A DNA stretch of 64,000 nucleotides. It comes from Gemmatimonadota bacterium. Lineage in GTDB: Bacteria > Gemmatimonadota > Gemmatimonadetes > Palauibacterales > KS3-K002. Shown here piece by piece: positions 8,811 through 18,109 of this stretch. Within the stretch, counting starts at the first letter, position 1. Each line of letters starts with the position of its first letter. The position numbers were made by a program, and so were the translations under genes. Location: positions 9,408 through 73,407 of the forward strand of contig JBDHJS010000006.1 of NCBI GenBank assembly GCA_039586795.1. The letters run 5' to 3'. The notes below the pieces were generated by a model. It did no database searches and had not been told where the DNA came from. It worked only from the letters and a program-made list of their open reading frames with translations.

Positions 8811-9371
8811 ATGTCTGAGGTGCTCACGACGATCGAACGTCGCATCTACAACTACCTCGTCGACTACTTGAAGCGCGAGACCTACCAGCCGAGCATTCGG
8901 GAGATCGGCTCACGCTTCGGGATCAGGTCCACGAAGACCGTTACAGAGCACCTCCAGTCGCTACAGCGCAAAGGCTACCTGGACCGAACCGCTTCCCGTT
9001 CTCGGGCCCTGAGGATTTTGGGCCTCGATCTTTCGCCAGATACCGTAACGATCCCGCTTTACGGTAATGGAGTTCACGAATCCGTCGACGACATCGAGGC
9101 TCGGTTCGATCTCGATCGGTCTCTGGCCGGCTCCGCCGATTGCTTCATGGTTCGTGCGTTGGGTGCTGGTCTCCTGGAGCACGGCATCCTGGAAGGCGAT
9201 ATGCTGGTCGTCGAGCCGTGCGAGACGGTGGAAGAGGGAGAGCTAGCGGCGTACGAGAAGGGTAGTGAAGTGGAGTTGGTCGTCGCCCCGCAGGAGGGCT
9301 TGAACGGGACACCGACGCCACGCTTCCTGGGTGTGGTACGCGCGGTGTTGCGCACCTTACCGAGAGACTAG
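8811..9371 (+). CDS. LexA-family repressor-like protein: winged-helix N-terminal domain plus a degenerate S24-like C-terminal domain
   Basis: The N-terminus SIREIGSRFGIRSTKTVTEHLQSLQRKGYL resembles the LexA DNA-binding domain. The C-terminal region aligns by eye to the S24 domain, but GDSM-like catalytic Ser positions look replaced (RALGAGL). Start taken at the ATG at 8811 with AGGAGG 8 nt upstream. The ORF-track start at 8763 is less likely. Confidence 0.5.
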   Translation: MSEVLTTIERRIYNYLVDYLKRETYQPSIREIGSRFGIRSTKTVTEHLQSLQRKGYLDRTASRSRALRILGLDLSPDTVTIPLYGNGVHESVDDIEARFDLDRSLAGSADCFMVRALGAGLLEHGILEGDMLVVEPCETVEEGELAAYEKGSEVELVVAPQEGLNGTPTPRFLGVVRAVLRTLPRD

Positions 9372-9416
9372 GTCACACGCACATAGAAGTCGGTTCACGA
9401 CGGGCGATGAGGCGCA

Positions 9417-9869
9417 ATGACTGCGGATGACGCTCGCTGGATGAGTATAGCCGTCGAGGAAGCTCGCGCGGCTGCGAGCAACGATGAGGTCCCAGTGGGC
9501 GCGGTCGTGATCTGCGACGATCAGCTGCTGGCTCGTGAGCATAACCGAACCCGGGAGCTCGGCGATCCGACGGCGCACGCCGAACTGCTGGCGCTGAGGA
9601 AAGCCGCCGCGGAGATCGGCGACTGGCGGCTGACCGATTGCACGCTTTACGTGACGTTGGAGCCGTGCGCGATGTGCGCCGGCGCCATCGTGCTATCGCG
9701 AATCCAGCGGCTGGTTTACGCCACTCCCGACCCCAAGGCCGGGATGTGCGGCAGTCTGGGCAATCTCGTTCAGGACGAGCGGCTCAACCACCGCGTACCG
9801 ATAGAGAGCGGACCGCTGGCGGACGAAGCGGCGGGGCTGCTTCGCGACTTCTTCCGGGAACGGCGCTGA
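9417..9869 (+). CDS. tadA: tRNA-specific adenosine deaminase
   Basis: HAELLALR ... LEPCAMCAGAI zinc-binding CDA motifs. Length 150 aa. Confidence 0.85.
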   Translation: MTADDARWMSIAVEEARAAASNDEVPVGAVVICDDQLLAREHNRTRELGDPTAHAELLALRKAAAEIGDWRLTDCTLYVTLEPCAMCAGAIVLSRIQRLVYATPDPKAGMCGSLGNLVQDERLNHRVPIESGPLADEAAGLLRDFFRERR

Positions 9870-9871
9870 CG

Positions 9872-10819
9872 ATGGCGGCTTCGAAGCACCGGGTCCTGGT
9901 CGCCGAGGAAGTGCGGGCGTTCGTCGATTCCGTAGAGGTGCCATCCGATGTGGAGATCGAGTGGGTCGCTGTGATCGATCCGCTGCCGGATGGCGACTAT
10001 GTCGGGCTCCTACCTCTGCTATCGCGCAAGATCGATGCGTCGGTCCTTGATGGACTCCCTGATCTGAAGGTCGTCGCCAACTATGCCGTCGGCTACGACA
10101 ACATCGACGTGCCGTCGTTGCGCGCTCGAGGAGTAGAGGTCTCCAACACTCCCGATGTGCTGACCGAGGCCACGGCGGATCTCACCTGGGCGCTCATCCT
10201 GGCCGCGAGTCGCCGGCTGATCGAAGCGGAGGCCGTCGCGCGCCACGGCGGGTGGGAATGGGGGCCGACGCTTCTGCTCGGCATGCAGCTGACCGGGAAG
10301 ACGCTTGGCCTTCTCGGCGCGGGTCGCATCGGTCAGGCGGTCGGTCGACGCGCCGTGCCGTTCGGGATGCAGGTGGTCTACTGGGACATGCGGGCGCGAT
10401 CGGAGTTCGAAGCCGAAACCGGGGCACAGCGGATCTCATCGCTGGACCAACTGCTCGGAGCCGCGGACATCGTATCGGTTCACGTGAAGCTCAGCGAAGA
10501 GACGGCGGGGCTGCTCAACAGCGAGCGGATCGCGCGGATGAAGCGGGGCGCGATTCTCATCAATACGGCTCGGGGCGGTATCGTCGACGAGGACGCGCTG
10601 TGCAAGGCGCTGGAGACGCGGGCGCTGCGGGGAGCCGGGCTCGATGTTTACGAGTGGGAGCCGGAGATCCGGGAGTGTTTGAAGCGGCTGCCGAACGTTG
10701 TTCTCTTGCCGCATATCGGAAGTGCCACGGAGGAAACGCGGACCCGGATGTTCCAGCTTGCCTGGAAGAATCTCATGTTTGGGATTCGGGGGGAGCCGCT
10801 GGTCACGCCTGTGGGTTAG
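9872..10819 (+). CDS. D-isomer-specific 2-hydroxyacid dehydrogenase (glyoxylate/hydroxypyruvate reductase-like)
   Basis: NAD-binding GKTLGLLGAGRIGQAV. The RGGIVDEDAL and HIGSAT catalytic regions are present. Start set at the ATG at 9872, 2 nt after the tadA stop. The ORF-track start at 9638 overlaps tadA in another frame. Confidence 0.8.
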   Translation: MAASKHRVLVAEEVRAFVDSVEVPSDVEIEWVAVIDPLPDGDYVGLLPLLSRKIDASVLDGLPDLKVVANYAVGYDNIDVPSLRARGVEVSNTPDVLTEATADLTWALILAASRRLIEAEAVARHGGWEWGPTLLLGMQLTGKTLGLLGAGRIGQAVGRRAVPFGMQVVYWDMRARSEFEAETGAQRISSLDQLLGAADIVSVHVKLSEETAGLLNSERIARMKRGAILINTARGGIVDEDALCKALETRALRGAGLDVYEWEPEIRECLKRLPNVVLLPHIGSATEETRTRMFQLAWKNLMFGIRGEPLVTPVG

Positions 10820-11106
10820 TTCGGCGGTCGACGTTCATCGTTCGACGGAACGCCGGGCTGCGGCCGGACTATTTCAACAGCGGACAGCCGACAGCCGGCG
10901 CTCGACGGCCGAGTCCTGTTGGGCGATCGACGCCCGACGTCCGATGTCCGATGTTCGTCGTCCGACTCGCCGAATGATCTGAGTCGGGATTCCCTCATGC
11001 ATCCATTCTAGCGCTCCTTCCGTCTAAGAAACGAAACCCAAGTGCCCTGACCGGCCGTACTGATTCCTGAGCAGGGGGATCTCTGAAAGGCTATGGAGGA
11101 TCTTAT

Positions 11107-12936
11107 ATGACGACGCAACGTATGCGTTCGACGTGGATCGTTGCGGGCCTATTCTGTTTGCTGCCGATGGCTGCACAGGCACAGACGGGATTACGCTCCG
11201 CGCCCATCACTGACGTGCAGTACGACGTGACCTATAACGAGAGCACAGCGGCTTTCAGGGTGATTGCCGTCGAGATGTCGTTCCGGACGTCCGGGTCCAG
11301 TCCGGTGATCCTGTCGCTGCCGGCGTGGACGCCGGGCTCGTACGAGCTGGATAACTATGCCCGAAACGTGCGGAACTTTTCGGCCAGCGCTGCCGACGAC
11401 GAGCTGCGCTGGGAGAAAGTCGACTACGATACCTGGCGCATCTATCCCGCCGGTCAGCGCCAGCTGACGCTCAACTTCGATTATCGGGCGGACAACCTCG
11501 ATACCGGGAATTCGTGGTCGACGCCGGACTTCACGTTCTTCAACGGGACCAACCTGTTCCTCTACCCGGAAGGGCAGAGTCTCGGGTTCGAGAGTCAGGT
11601 TCGCATCCACACGGAACCCGACTGGCTGATCGCCACCGGCCTGACCCCGGGCGGCGAGCCGGGGCAGTACGTGGCGGCGGACTTCCACGAGCTGGTGGAC
11701 ATGCCGACCTTCGTCGGTCGCTTCGATATCGACAGCATGGTGGTCGATGGCGTCCTGCACCGACTGGCCACGTATCCCGAGGGTCTGATCGCCGGCGAGA
11801 CGCGTGAGGAGATCTGGGGCCAGATTCAGGGGATGATGCCGCCGATGGCCGCCATGTTCGGTGAGTACCCGTTCGAGACCTACACGACACTCATGACGTT
11901 CCCCGACGATTTCGGCGGCGCGTCGGCACTCGAGCACCGCAACTCGCACCTTGGCATCTACATGGCCGCCGGTCTTGGCCAGCCCTTCATGATGCCAATG
12001 CTCGGATCTGTGACATCGCACGAGATCTTTCACGCCTGGAACGTGAAGCGGCTTCGCCCGATTGAGATCACCCCGTACGACTACGGCCGTACCCAGCCGA
12101 CCACTCTGCTTTGGGTCTCGGAAGGGATCACCAGCTACTACGACGACCTGCTGCTCGTGCGCGGCGGCGTCATCGACCGGGAGGCCTTCTACAACGGCAC
12201 CGTGGGGCAGATCAACACGGTGAGGAACGTCCCGGCAGTTGCCTTGGAAGATGCATCGCTGAGCACGTGGATCGGGCCGACCGATGGGACGAGCGGCATC
12301 TACTACCCGAAAGGCGCGCTGGCCGGCTTCATGCTGGACATCCTGATCCGTGACGCGACGGACAACCAGTCGTCGCTGGACGATGTGATGCGCGGGCTCT
12401 ACTGGACGACCTACAAAGAGAATTTCACCGGCTTCTCCGAGGAGGCCTGGTGGAGCGCCGTCAGCCGGGCGGCGGAAGGGAAGTCGTTCGACGACTTCTG
12501 GGCCCGTTACGTCGACGGCCGTGAGCTCTATCCGTGGGAGGAAGTGCTGCCATTGGCGGGTCTCATCTTCACCGAGGACACGACGCGGCGTCCGCTCATC
12601 GGCATCTTCCCGGCCCCCGACAGTACGGGCGTGCGGATCGCCGGCCTCTCCGACGGCGGGGCCGCCGCCGAGGCTGGGGTGCGGGAAGGCGATTACCTGC
12701 TCCGGGTCGGTCCCGTCGAGATCACCGACAACGACAGCTTCGACGCGTTCCGTGAGCACTTCTCACAGTTGCCCGTCGGAACGATGTACGACGTCGTGGT
12801 GCGGCGCGGCGATCAAACGCTGACGCTGCAAACGGAGTTGCGATTGGCGGAAGAGGTGGAGCGCCGGATAAGCGAAGACCCGAACGCCGGGCCGAAGGCG
12901 CTGCGGATTAGGGAGAGCCTGTTGACGGGTAAATGA
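11107..12936 (+). CDS. Secreted M61-family glycyl aminopeptidase-like metallopeptidase with a C-terminal PDZ domain
   Basis: Signal peptide MTTQRMRSTWIVAGLFCLLPMAAQAQ. HEIFHAWNVKRLRP matches the M61 HExxH-plus-WNVKR signature. The C-terminal region is PDZ-like. Confidence 0.75.
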   Translation: MTTQRMRSTWIVAGLFCLLPMAAQAQTGLRSAPITDVQYDVTYNESTAAFRVIAVEMSFRTSGSSPVILSLPAWTPGSYELDNYARNVRNFSASAADDELRWEKVDYDTWRIYPAGQRQLTLNFDYRADNLDTGNSWSTPDFTFFNGTNLFLYPEGQSLGFESQVRIHTEPDWLIATGLTPGGEPGQYVAADFHELVDMPTFVGRFDIDSMVVDGVLHRLATYPEGLIAGETREEIWGQIQGMMPPMAAMFGEYPFETYTTLMTFPDDFGGASALEHRNSHLGIYMAAGLGQPFMMPMLGSVTSHEIFHAWNVKRLRPIEITPYDYGRTQPTTLLWVSEGITSYYDDLLLVRGGVIDREAFYNGTVGQINTVRNVPAVALEDASLSTWIGPTDGTSGIYYPKGALAGFMLDILIRDATDNQSSLDDVMRGLYWTTYKENFTGFSEEAWWSAVSRAAEGKSFDDFWARYVDGRELYPWEEVLPLAGLIFTEDTTRRPLIGIFPAPDSTGVRIAGLSDGGAAAEAGVREGDYLLRVGPVEITDNDSFDAFREHFSQLPVGTMYDVVVRRGDQTLTLQTELRLAEEVERRISEDPNAGPKALRIRESLLTGK

Positions 12937-12967
12937 TTCGAAGATCCAACACGAACTTCCCCGATGC

Positions 12968-13001
12968 AAAACGCCCCTGGAACCGGGTCCCAGGGGCGTT
13001 T
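12968..13001. terminator. Bidirectional hairpin terminator between convergent genes
   Basis: AAACGCCCCTGG-AACCGGGTC-CCAGGGGCGTTT has a 12-bp stem, flanked by A/T on both sides. Confidence 0.6.
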
Positions 13002-13014
13002 CAGCTACTGCTGT

Positions 13015-14208
13015 CTAGCACTTGTTGACATTGCAGCCATGTGGCTGATCGTAGTGGAACTGCAGGTTGCCGTGGTCCAGCACGTCGAGCGGCACGATCA
13101 GGATCGGATCATCGGTGCTCGGGTCGGCCCCGACATCCCAAATCACGATGCCGCCCATGTCATTCTTGCCGCCGGGCTCGCCCGCGTCCTTCAAGATGAA
13201 GATGATCGGTGCGCCGTCGACGCCGTTGAGCTTACCGACGGTTCTGCCCTCGAACGTGTCGAACGGGGCCGGCGGTGGCTCGGGATTGATGTTCGGATCG
13301 TCCGTGCAAATTGGGTAGCCGGCCTCGAAGAACTCCTTCTCGATATGCCACTTATTGCCCGGCCAGTTGATCTCCAGGTTGTTGGAGAGCTCGATGTCGC
13401 AGTGGAGCGTGAAGCCGTGCGTGACCCGCACGTCGTCACCGTTGTCAGCGGTCATTCCGATCCAACCACCGCCGCCAGTGATACGGCCGAGGCCGGGCTC
13501 ATCAGCCTCGCGGCAGATCTCTATGTTATCGATGCCGCCGGATCCTTTCAGCAAGAACGTGGCATCAAGCGTGATGGGTTGCAGACGGGTCTGCACGATC
13601 TCCACGGAGCCGTTGCCCTGACCTGACGAGGCCCCGACCTGCGAGCCGTCGATCTCCAGGCTGATCGTCTGGTCGCCGTCATCGTCCGCCGCCACATAGC
13701 TGGGGATCGTCCACGTGTAGTCGCTGCCGAACCCGGTCAGCGTGATGCTGCCGCCGCTCGTGTTGTCGCCACCCGTGCAGAAGTTGCCGCTCGGGACGTT
13801 GAGGAGGATGCCATCACAATCGGCGCAAAAGCCCGTTAGTCCGGCCTGAAGACCCGTCGACGCGGGTATCTGGGTGTCTTCATGCTCGTCGTCCAGCGCG
13901 TTCCCGCACCCGCCCGCACCGACGCTGTAATCCGTGTCGTAGGCTTTTGCGGCGACGTCCACGCCGCTGTTGTATTCCGCGGTCACGTTCAGCGTCACCG
14001 GCGTGCTGGTGCTGCCGAATAGTTCCAGGCTGGTCACGTCGTCGTTGTGTGTGAAATCGTTCAGGTCGACGATGTCACATTGCTGGATCGTGGTGTTTTG
14101 CTGGATGTTGAAGCCCTTTGGCCCCACCATCCGCTCTTCACCCGAGCAGCTCATGAATGCTCCGATGCCCAGGGCTAACCCAAGACACATCAACAGTCTG
14201 CTGCGCAT
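13015..14208 (-). CDS. Secreted (possibly lipo-)protein of unknown function, Gly/Asp/Thr-rich
   Basis: Start at the internal Met (MRSRLLMCLGLALGIGAFMSCSG), which gives a signal peptide. There is no recognisable catalytic motif. It has many Cys and GGG/DDD tracts. Confidence 0.55.
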   Translation of the reverse strand: MRSRLLMCLGLALGIGAFMSCSGEERMVGPKGFNIQQNTTIQQCDIVDLNDFTHNDDVTSLELFGSTSTPVTLNVTAEYNSGVDVAAKAYDTDYSVGAGGCGNALDDEHEDTQIPASTGLQAGLTGFCADCDGILLNVPSGNFCTGGDNTSGGSITLTGFGSDYTWTIPSYVAADDDGDQTISLEIDGSQVGASSGQGNGSVEIVQTRLQPITLDATFLLKGSGGIDNIEICREADEPGLGRITGGGGWIGMTADNGDDVRVTHGFTLHCDIELSNNLEINWPGNKWHIEKEFFEAGYPICTDDPNINPEPPPAPFDTFEGRTVGKLNGVDGAPIIFILKDAGEPGGKNDMGGIVIWDVGADPSTDDPILIVPLDVLDHGNLQFHYDQPHGCNVNKC

Positions 14209-14484
14209 GGCTGCACCTCCTTGCCGTTGAAAGGTGTCCTGCATTGCGCGCTTGACCGCAGCGCTCGCTGAGTGATGCTAGCGATAGGTTATTCTGGTTA
14301 GAGATGAAATCGGTCCGCCGTTATGGAAGGGCAAAAGGCGTTCCAGCCGCGGGCTCACCTTGCGATGCTGTAAGTCGAAAAAGCGGAAGACCGTCGCCGA
14401 TCAGTATGATCGATGTTACTGCGGCACTCGTTCAACGTCTGTTGCAGCGGCACGACCTGTACGCAAATCAGACAGTCGTGATTA

Positions 14485-16431
14485 TTACGTCAACGCTACG
14501 TCGCGCGCGCCGAAGAAGTGCAGGAAAGCAAACAAGATCCCAATCCCCAGTACATACGAGAGGAACCACGGCATGCCATACGCCGTGGCGATGTCGCCGA
14601 TTAGCATTCCGACGACTGCCACGACGAGTGCGTACGGCAGCTGTGTGCGAACGTGATCTACGTGATCGGATGCCGATGCCATCGAGCTCAACACAGTGGT
14701 ATCCGAGATCGGCGAGCAGTGATCGCCGAAGATTGCGCCGGCCAGCACCGAGCTGATCGTTCCCAGCATCAGAGGCTGAAACGCGCCTACCGCCATCCCT
14801 TCGCTCGCCCCCAGCGTCGCCGCCAGCGGGATGACCAGAGGGATCAAGATCGCCATCGTCGCCCACGACGTGCCCGTTGCGAACGCGATGGCGGCGGCCG
14901 CCGCGAACACCGAGACCGGGAGCATGCGGAGCGGGAAGCCGGCCGTTTCCAGTATGTGGCTTACGTACTGGGCGGTCCCCACCGCCTCCGTCGCCGCGCC
15001 CAACGACCAGGCCAACACCAGGATGACGACGGCGAGCATCATCGCACGCATGCCGCCGGCCCATGCTTCCGTCGCTTCCTGTAGCTTCAGGATGCGCTGG
15101 CTGGTCGCCAACACGAAGGCGACCAGCACGCCGCAAAGAGAACCCCAAAGCAGCGCGTTAAACGAGTTGGCTTCGCCGAGGATCTCGGTCAGGCTTCCCG
15201 GGCGACCCAGCGCCGAGCGCCCATCGATGTAGAGACCGAGTAGCACGACGATGACGACGGTGGCGACGGGGATCGCCGCGTTGAACCACTTCCGCGGCTT
15301 GCCCTCCTTGGGCGCCATCAATTCGGCGCTTGTGTCCACCATCAACATGGCGCCATCCCGGTACAGCCCATCGCCACGCGACGCCCGCTGCTCGGCTTTC
15401 AGCATCGGACCGAAATCGCGTCCGGTCCACGCCACCAGGAAGACCATGCAAAGCGCCAGGATGGGGTAGAACAAATACGGAATGCTGCCGATGAACGTGG
15501 CGAAGGGACTGGCCGAGCCGAGCGTCGTACCCAACGCGGTGCCCGCTCCCACCTGTTCGGCGGCCGCACCCAGCCCATCTCCAATCAACGAGATCTGATA
15601 GCCTGCCCACGTCGAGACAAAGACGATCGCCGCAACCGGCGCTGCCGTCGAGTCGACCAGATAGGAGAGCTTCTCCCGGGAGATGTTCAACCGGTCGGTG
15701 ATCGGGCGCAGCGTGTTGCCGACGATCAGGGTGTTCGCGTAGTCGTCGAAAAAGATGAGCAGGCCGGCCAGGAAGGTGGAGAGCTGGCCCCGTCTACGGT
15801 TGGTGGCCAGCGGCGCGACCGCTTCCACTATGCCGTGCGTCCCGCCGCTTCGGCCCATCAGACCGACCATGCCGCCCAGCAGAAGACTGAAGATGACGAT
15901 CGACGCATGGTCGCCGTCGGCCAGCGACGGCATGATGAACGTGTCGATGGTGCGGAACAGCGCGGCGAACGGATTGAGGCCGGCGACGAAGAACGCGCCC
16001 AGCCAGACACCAGCGAACAGCGATACGACGACTTCTTTGAAGATGAGCGCCAGGGCGATCGCGACGAGGGGTGGCAGGATGCTGAACCAGCCGGGCAACG
16101 TGATGACAGAGAAGTGGCCGGCCCGGCCCGCTACCTCCAGGCGGAGCGGCAGGTCGGAGCCGCGGTCGATCCTGATCCCTTCGATCTCGACTTCGATGCC
16201 GGGCTCGACCATCCCGCTGCCCACCAGCTCGCCGTCCCGTACACGCACCAGCCGCCATTCGACCAGGTCAAACGCGCTTTCGGGAGCGGTGAACCCGAGG
16301 GTGAACGGGACCCTGGTGAGCACAGCCTTGGGTCCGTGCAATTCGAGGGTCACTTCATCCTGGGCCAGCGCCCACGTCGGGGCGGCCAGCACGGACATGG
16401 TGAACAGCGAGATCAGGATAGTCTTTCGCAT
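14485..16431 (-). CDS. NhaC-family Na+/H+ antiporter-like transporter with an N-terminal extracytoplasmic domain
   Basis: Signal peptide and about 100 aa of soluble sequence, then about 12 TM segments with NhaC-family character (FFDDYANTLIVGNTLRPITDRL). Confidence 0.65.
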   Translation of the reverse strand: MRKTILISLFTMSVLAAPTWALAQDEVTLELHGPKAVLTRVPFTLGFTAPESAFDLVEWRLVRVRDGELVGSGMVEPGIEVEIEGIRIDRGSDLPLRLEVAGRAGHFSVITLPGWFSILPPLVAIALALIFKEVVVSLFAGVWLGAFFVAGLNPFAALFRTIDTFIMPSLADGDHASIVIFSLLLGGMVGLMGRSGGTHGIVEAVAPLATNRRRGQLSTFLAGLLIFFDDYANTLIVGNTLRPITDRLNISREKLSYLVDSTAAPVAAIVFVSTWAGYQISLIGDGLGAAAEQVGAGTALGTTLGSASPFATFIGSIPYLFYPILALCMVFLVAWTGRDFGPMLKAEQRASRGDGLYRDGAMLMVDTSAELMAPKEGKPRKWFNAAIPVATVVIVVLLGLYIDGRSALGRPGSLTEILGEANSFNALLWGSLCGVLVAFVLATSQRILKLQEATEAWAGGMRAMMLAVVILVLAWSLGAATEAVGTAQYVSHILETAGFPLRMLPVSVFAAAAAIAFATGTSWATMAILIPLVIPLAATLGASEGMAVGAFQPLMLGTISSVLAGAIFGDHCSPISDTTVLSSMASASDHVDHVRTQLPYALVVAVVGMLIGDIATAYGMPWFLSYVLGIGILFAFLHFFGARDVALT

Positions 16432-16530
16432 ATGATGGGTTCCGGTCTGAAGGGCCGGTGGATCATAGGGAAGGGCGCTACGACTGTCAAAGACGGGTCG
16501 CTTCCGAGGGGGGCGGCGGCCTCTAACACG

Positions 16531-16559
16531 TTGACACTAAAGCGCGTTAACTCTATACT
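16531..16559 (+). promoter_or_regulatory. Candidate sigma70-type promoter for the pyrR operon
   Basis: TTGACA at 16531-16536, a 17-nt spacer, then TATACT at 16554-16559, about 40 nt upstream of pyrR. Confidence 0.35.
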
Positions 16560-16598
16560 CGCGTCAGCCCTCCCCGGTGTGGGGCGGTAGGGGGAAAA

Positions 16599-17147
16599 TT
16601 GCATACGGAACACGATTCGGTCGTCATGGATGAGCGAGCGGTGCGGCGCGCCCTGGCCCGTATGGCTCGCGAGATCGTAGAGCGCAACGACGGTACGGAA
16701 GGCCTCGTACTCGTCGGTATTCATCGACGTGGCGTCGACCTCGCCGAGTTGCTGCGCGAGGAGATCGAGAAGACAGAGGGAGGACCCGTTCCCAGCGGCT
16801 CCCTCGACATCACGTTGTACCGCGATGATCTAAGCGTCATCGGCCCACGGCCCGTCATTGGCTCCAGCGACATACCCGACATAGATGAGCGCGCTGTCGT
16901 CATAGTAGATGACGTCTGCTACACGGGACGCACGGCACGCGCTGCGATGGATCACCTGGCCGACTACGGACGCCCGGCGCGGATCTACCTCTGCTGCCTG
17001 GTCGACCGCGGCGGCCGTGAGCTGCCCATACAACCGGATTTCGTCGGTCGCCATTTCGACGTCACACCGGCCGAAGACGTCGCCGTGCACGTACCGGAGG
17101 AAGACGGGCGACTTGAAGTCGAGCTACGCAGGACGGATCAGGAGTGA
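16599..17147 (+). CDS. pyrR: Bifunctional pyrimidine operon regulator / uracil phosphoribosyltransferase
   Basis: [13 protein letters not shown] ... [17 protein letters not shown] is a PRTase-type motif. Length 182 aa. The true start may be the internal Met at 16626. Confidence 0.85.
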   Translation: MHTEHDSVVMDERAVRRALARMAREIVERNDGTEGLVLVGIHRRGVDLAELLREEIEKTEGGPVPSGSLDITLYRDDLSVIGPRPVIGSSDIPDIDERAVVIVDDVCYTGRTARAAMDHLADYGRPARIYLCCLVDRGGRELPIQPDFVGRHFDVTPAEDVAVHVPEEDGRLEVELRRTDQE

Positions 17148-18109
17148 GCACTACGATATCATTCGGCAAAGATCTCACAGGGCTCGAGCACCTGAGTGCC
17201 GAACAGATCAAGACCTTCCTCGATACGGCAGAGCCCTTCAAAGAGATCAGCGAGCGGCCCATCAAGAAAGTCCCCGTGCTTCGCGGGAAAACCATCGTCA
17301 ACCTGTTCTACGAGCCGTCCACCCGAACCAGAGTGTCGTTCGAGTTCGCCGAAAAGCGGCTGTCGGCGGATACGGTGAATATTTCGGCCTCCGGGTCGTC
17401 GGTGGTAAAGGGCGAGAACCTGGTCGACACGGCGCGTAATCTCGAGGCGATGCGGATCGACATGGTCGTCATGCGTCACCGCTCCTCAGGCGCCGCCCAG
17501 TTCCTTGCCGACCGCATCCCTTCCAACGTGATCAACGGCGGTGACGGTCAGCACGAGCACCCGACGCAGGCGTTGCTCGATATGCTGACCATCCGCGACC
17601 ACAAGGGTCAAATAGAAGGGCTGAAGGTCTGCATCGTCGGCGACATCGTGCACTCGCGCGTCGCGCGTTCGAACATTTACGGTCTGACCAAGCTGGGCGC
17701 CGAGGTGGCCGTGTGCGGGCCGCCGACCCTCGTCCCGAAGGGGATCGAAGAGCTTGGCGTTCAGGTCTTCAAGCGGGTGGAAGAGGCCATCGAGTGGGCG
17801 GATGTCCTTAACGTGCTGCGTCTGCAGCTCGAGCGCATGAAGGCCGGCTACATTCCGTCGCTCCGCGAGTACAACCGCTTCTTCGGCATCTCCGCTGCGC
17901 GGCTCGAAAAGGCCCCGCGCGATATCCTCGTCCTCCACCCCGGCCCGATGAACCGGGGCGTCGAGATCGACTCGCACGTCGCCGACGGACCCCACTCGGT
18001 AATCCTCCAGCAGGTGACCAACGGCGTCGCGGTACGCATGGCGGTGCTCTACCTGCTGGCCGGCGGTCAACCGGAGCGCGCCGAGGCGGCGAAGGGAGGG
18101 CGATCATGA
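17144..18109 (+). CDS. pyrB: Aspartate carbamoyltransferase catalytic subunit
   Basis: [13 protein letters not shown] (STRTR carbamoyl-phosphate motif) and HPGP. It overlaps the pyrR stop by 4 nt. Confidence 0.9.
   Translation: MSTTISFGKDLTGLEHLSAEQIKTFLDTAEPFKEISERPIKKVPVLRGKTIVNLFYEPSTRTRVSFEFAEKRLSADTVNISASGSSVVKGENLVDTARNLEAMRIDMVVMRHRSSGAAQFLADRIPSNVINGGDGQHEHPTQALLDMLTIRDHKGQIEGLKVCIVGDIVHSRVARSNIYGLTKLGAEVAVCGPPTLVPKGIEELGVQVFKRVEEAIEWADVLNVLRLQLERMKAGYIPSLREYNRFFGISAARLEKAPRDILVLHPGPMNRGVEIDSHVADGPHSVILQQVTNGVAVRMAVLYLLAGGQPERAEAAKGGRS

Noticed and set aside
9638-9871. Upstream 78-aa extension of the 2-hydroxyacid dehydrogenase ORF
   Set aside because: It overlaps tadA in another frame and is Arg-rich. 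A proper ATG directly after the tadA stop gives a normal dehydrogenase N-terminus.
10820-10990. CGTTCGACG / CGACGCCCG-rich tracts here and at 26030-26150
   Set aside because: They look like low-complexity GC-rich intergenic sequence with short direct repeats. I could not define a consistent unit or a convincing second family.
11191-12759. 522-aa minus-strand ORF antisense to the M61 peptidase
   Set aside because: Antisense of a gene with a clear HExxH/WNVKR signature, and its product is an Arg/Val/Asp low-complexity sequence. The long antisense ORFs at 23241..24485, 30241..31212, 52881..54044, 57524..59308 and 59785..61308 are rejected for the same reason.
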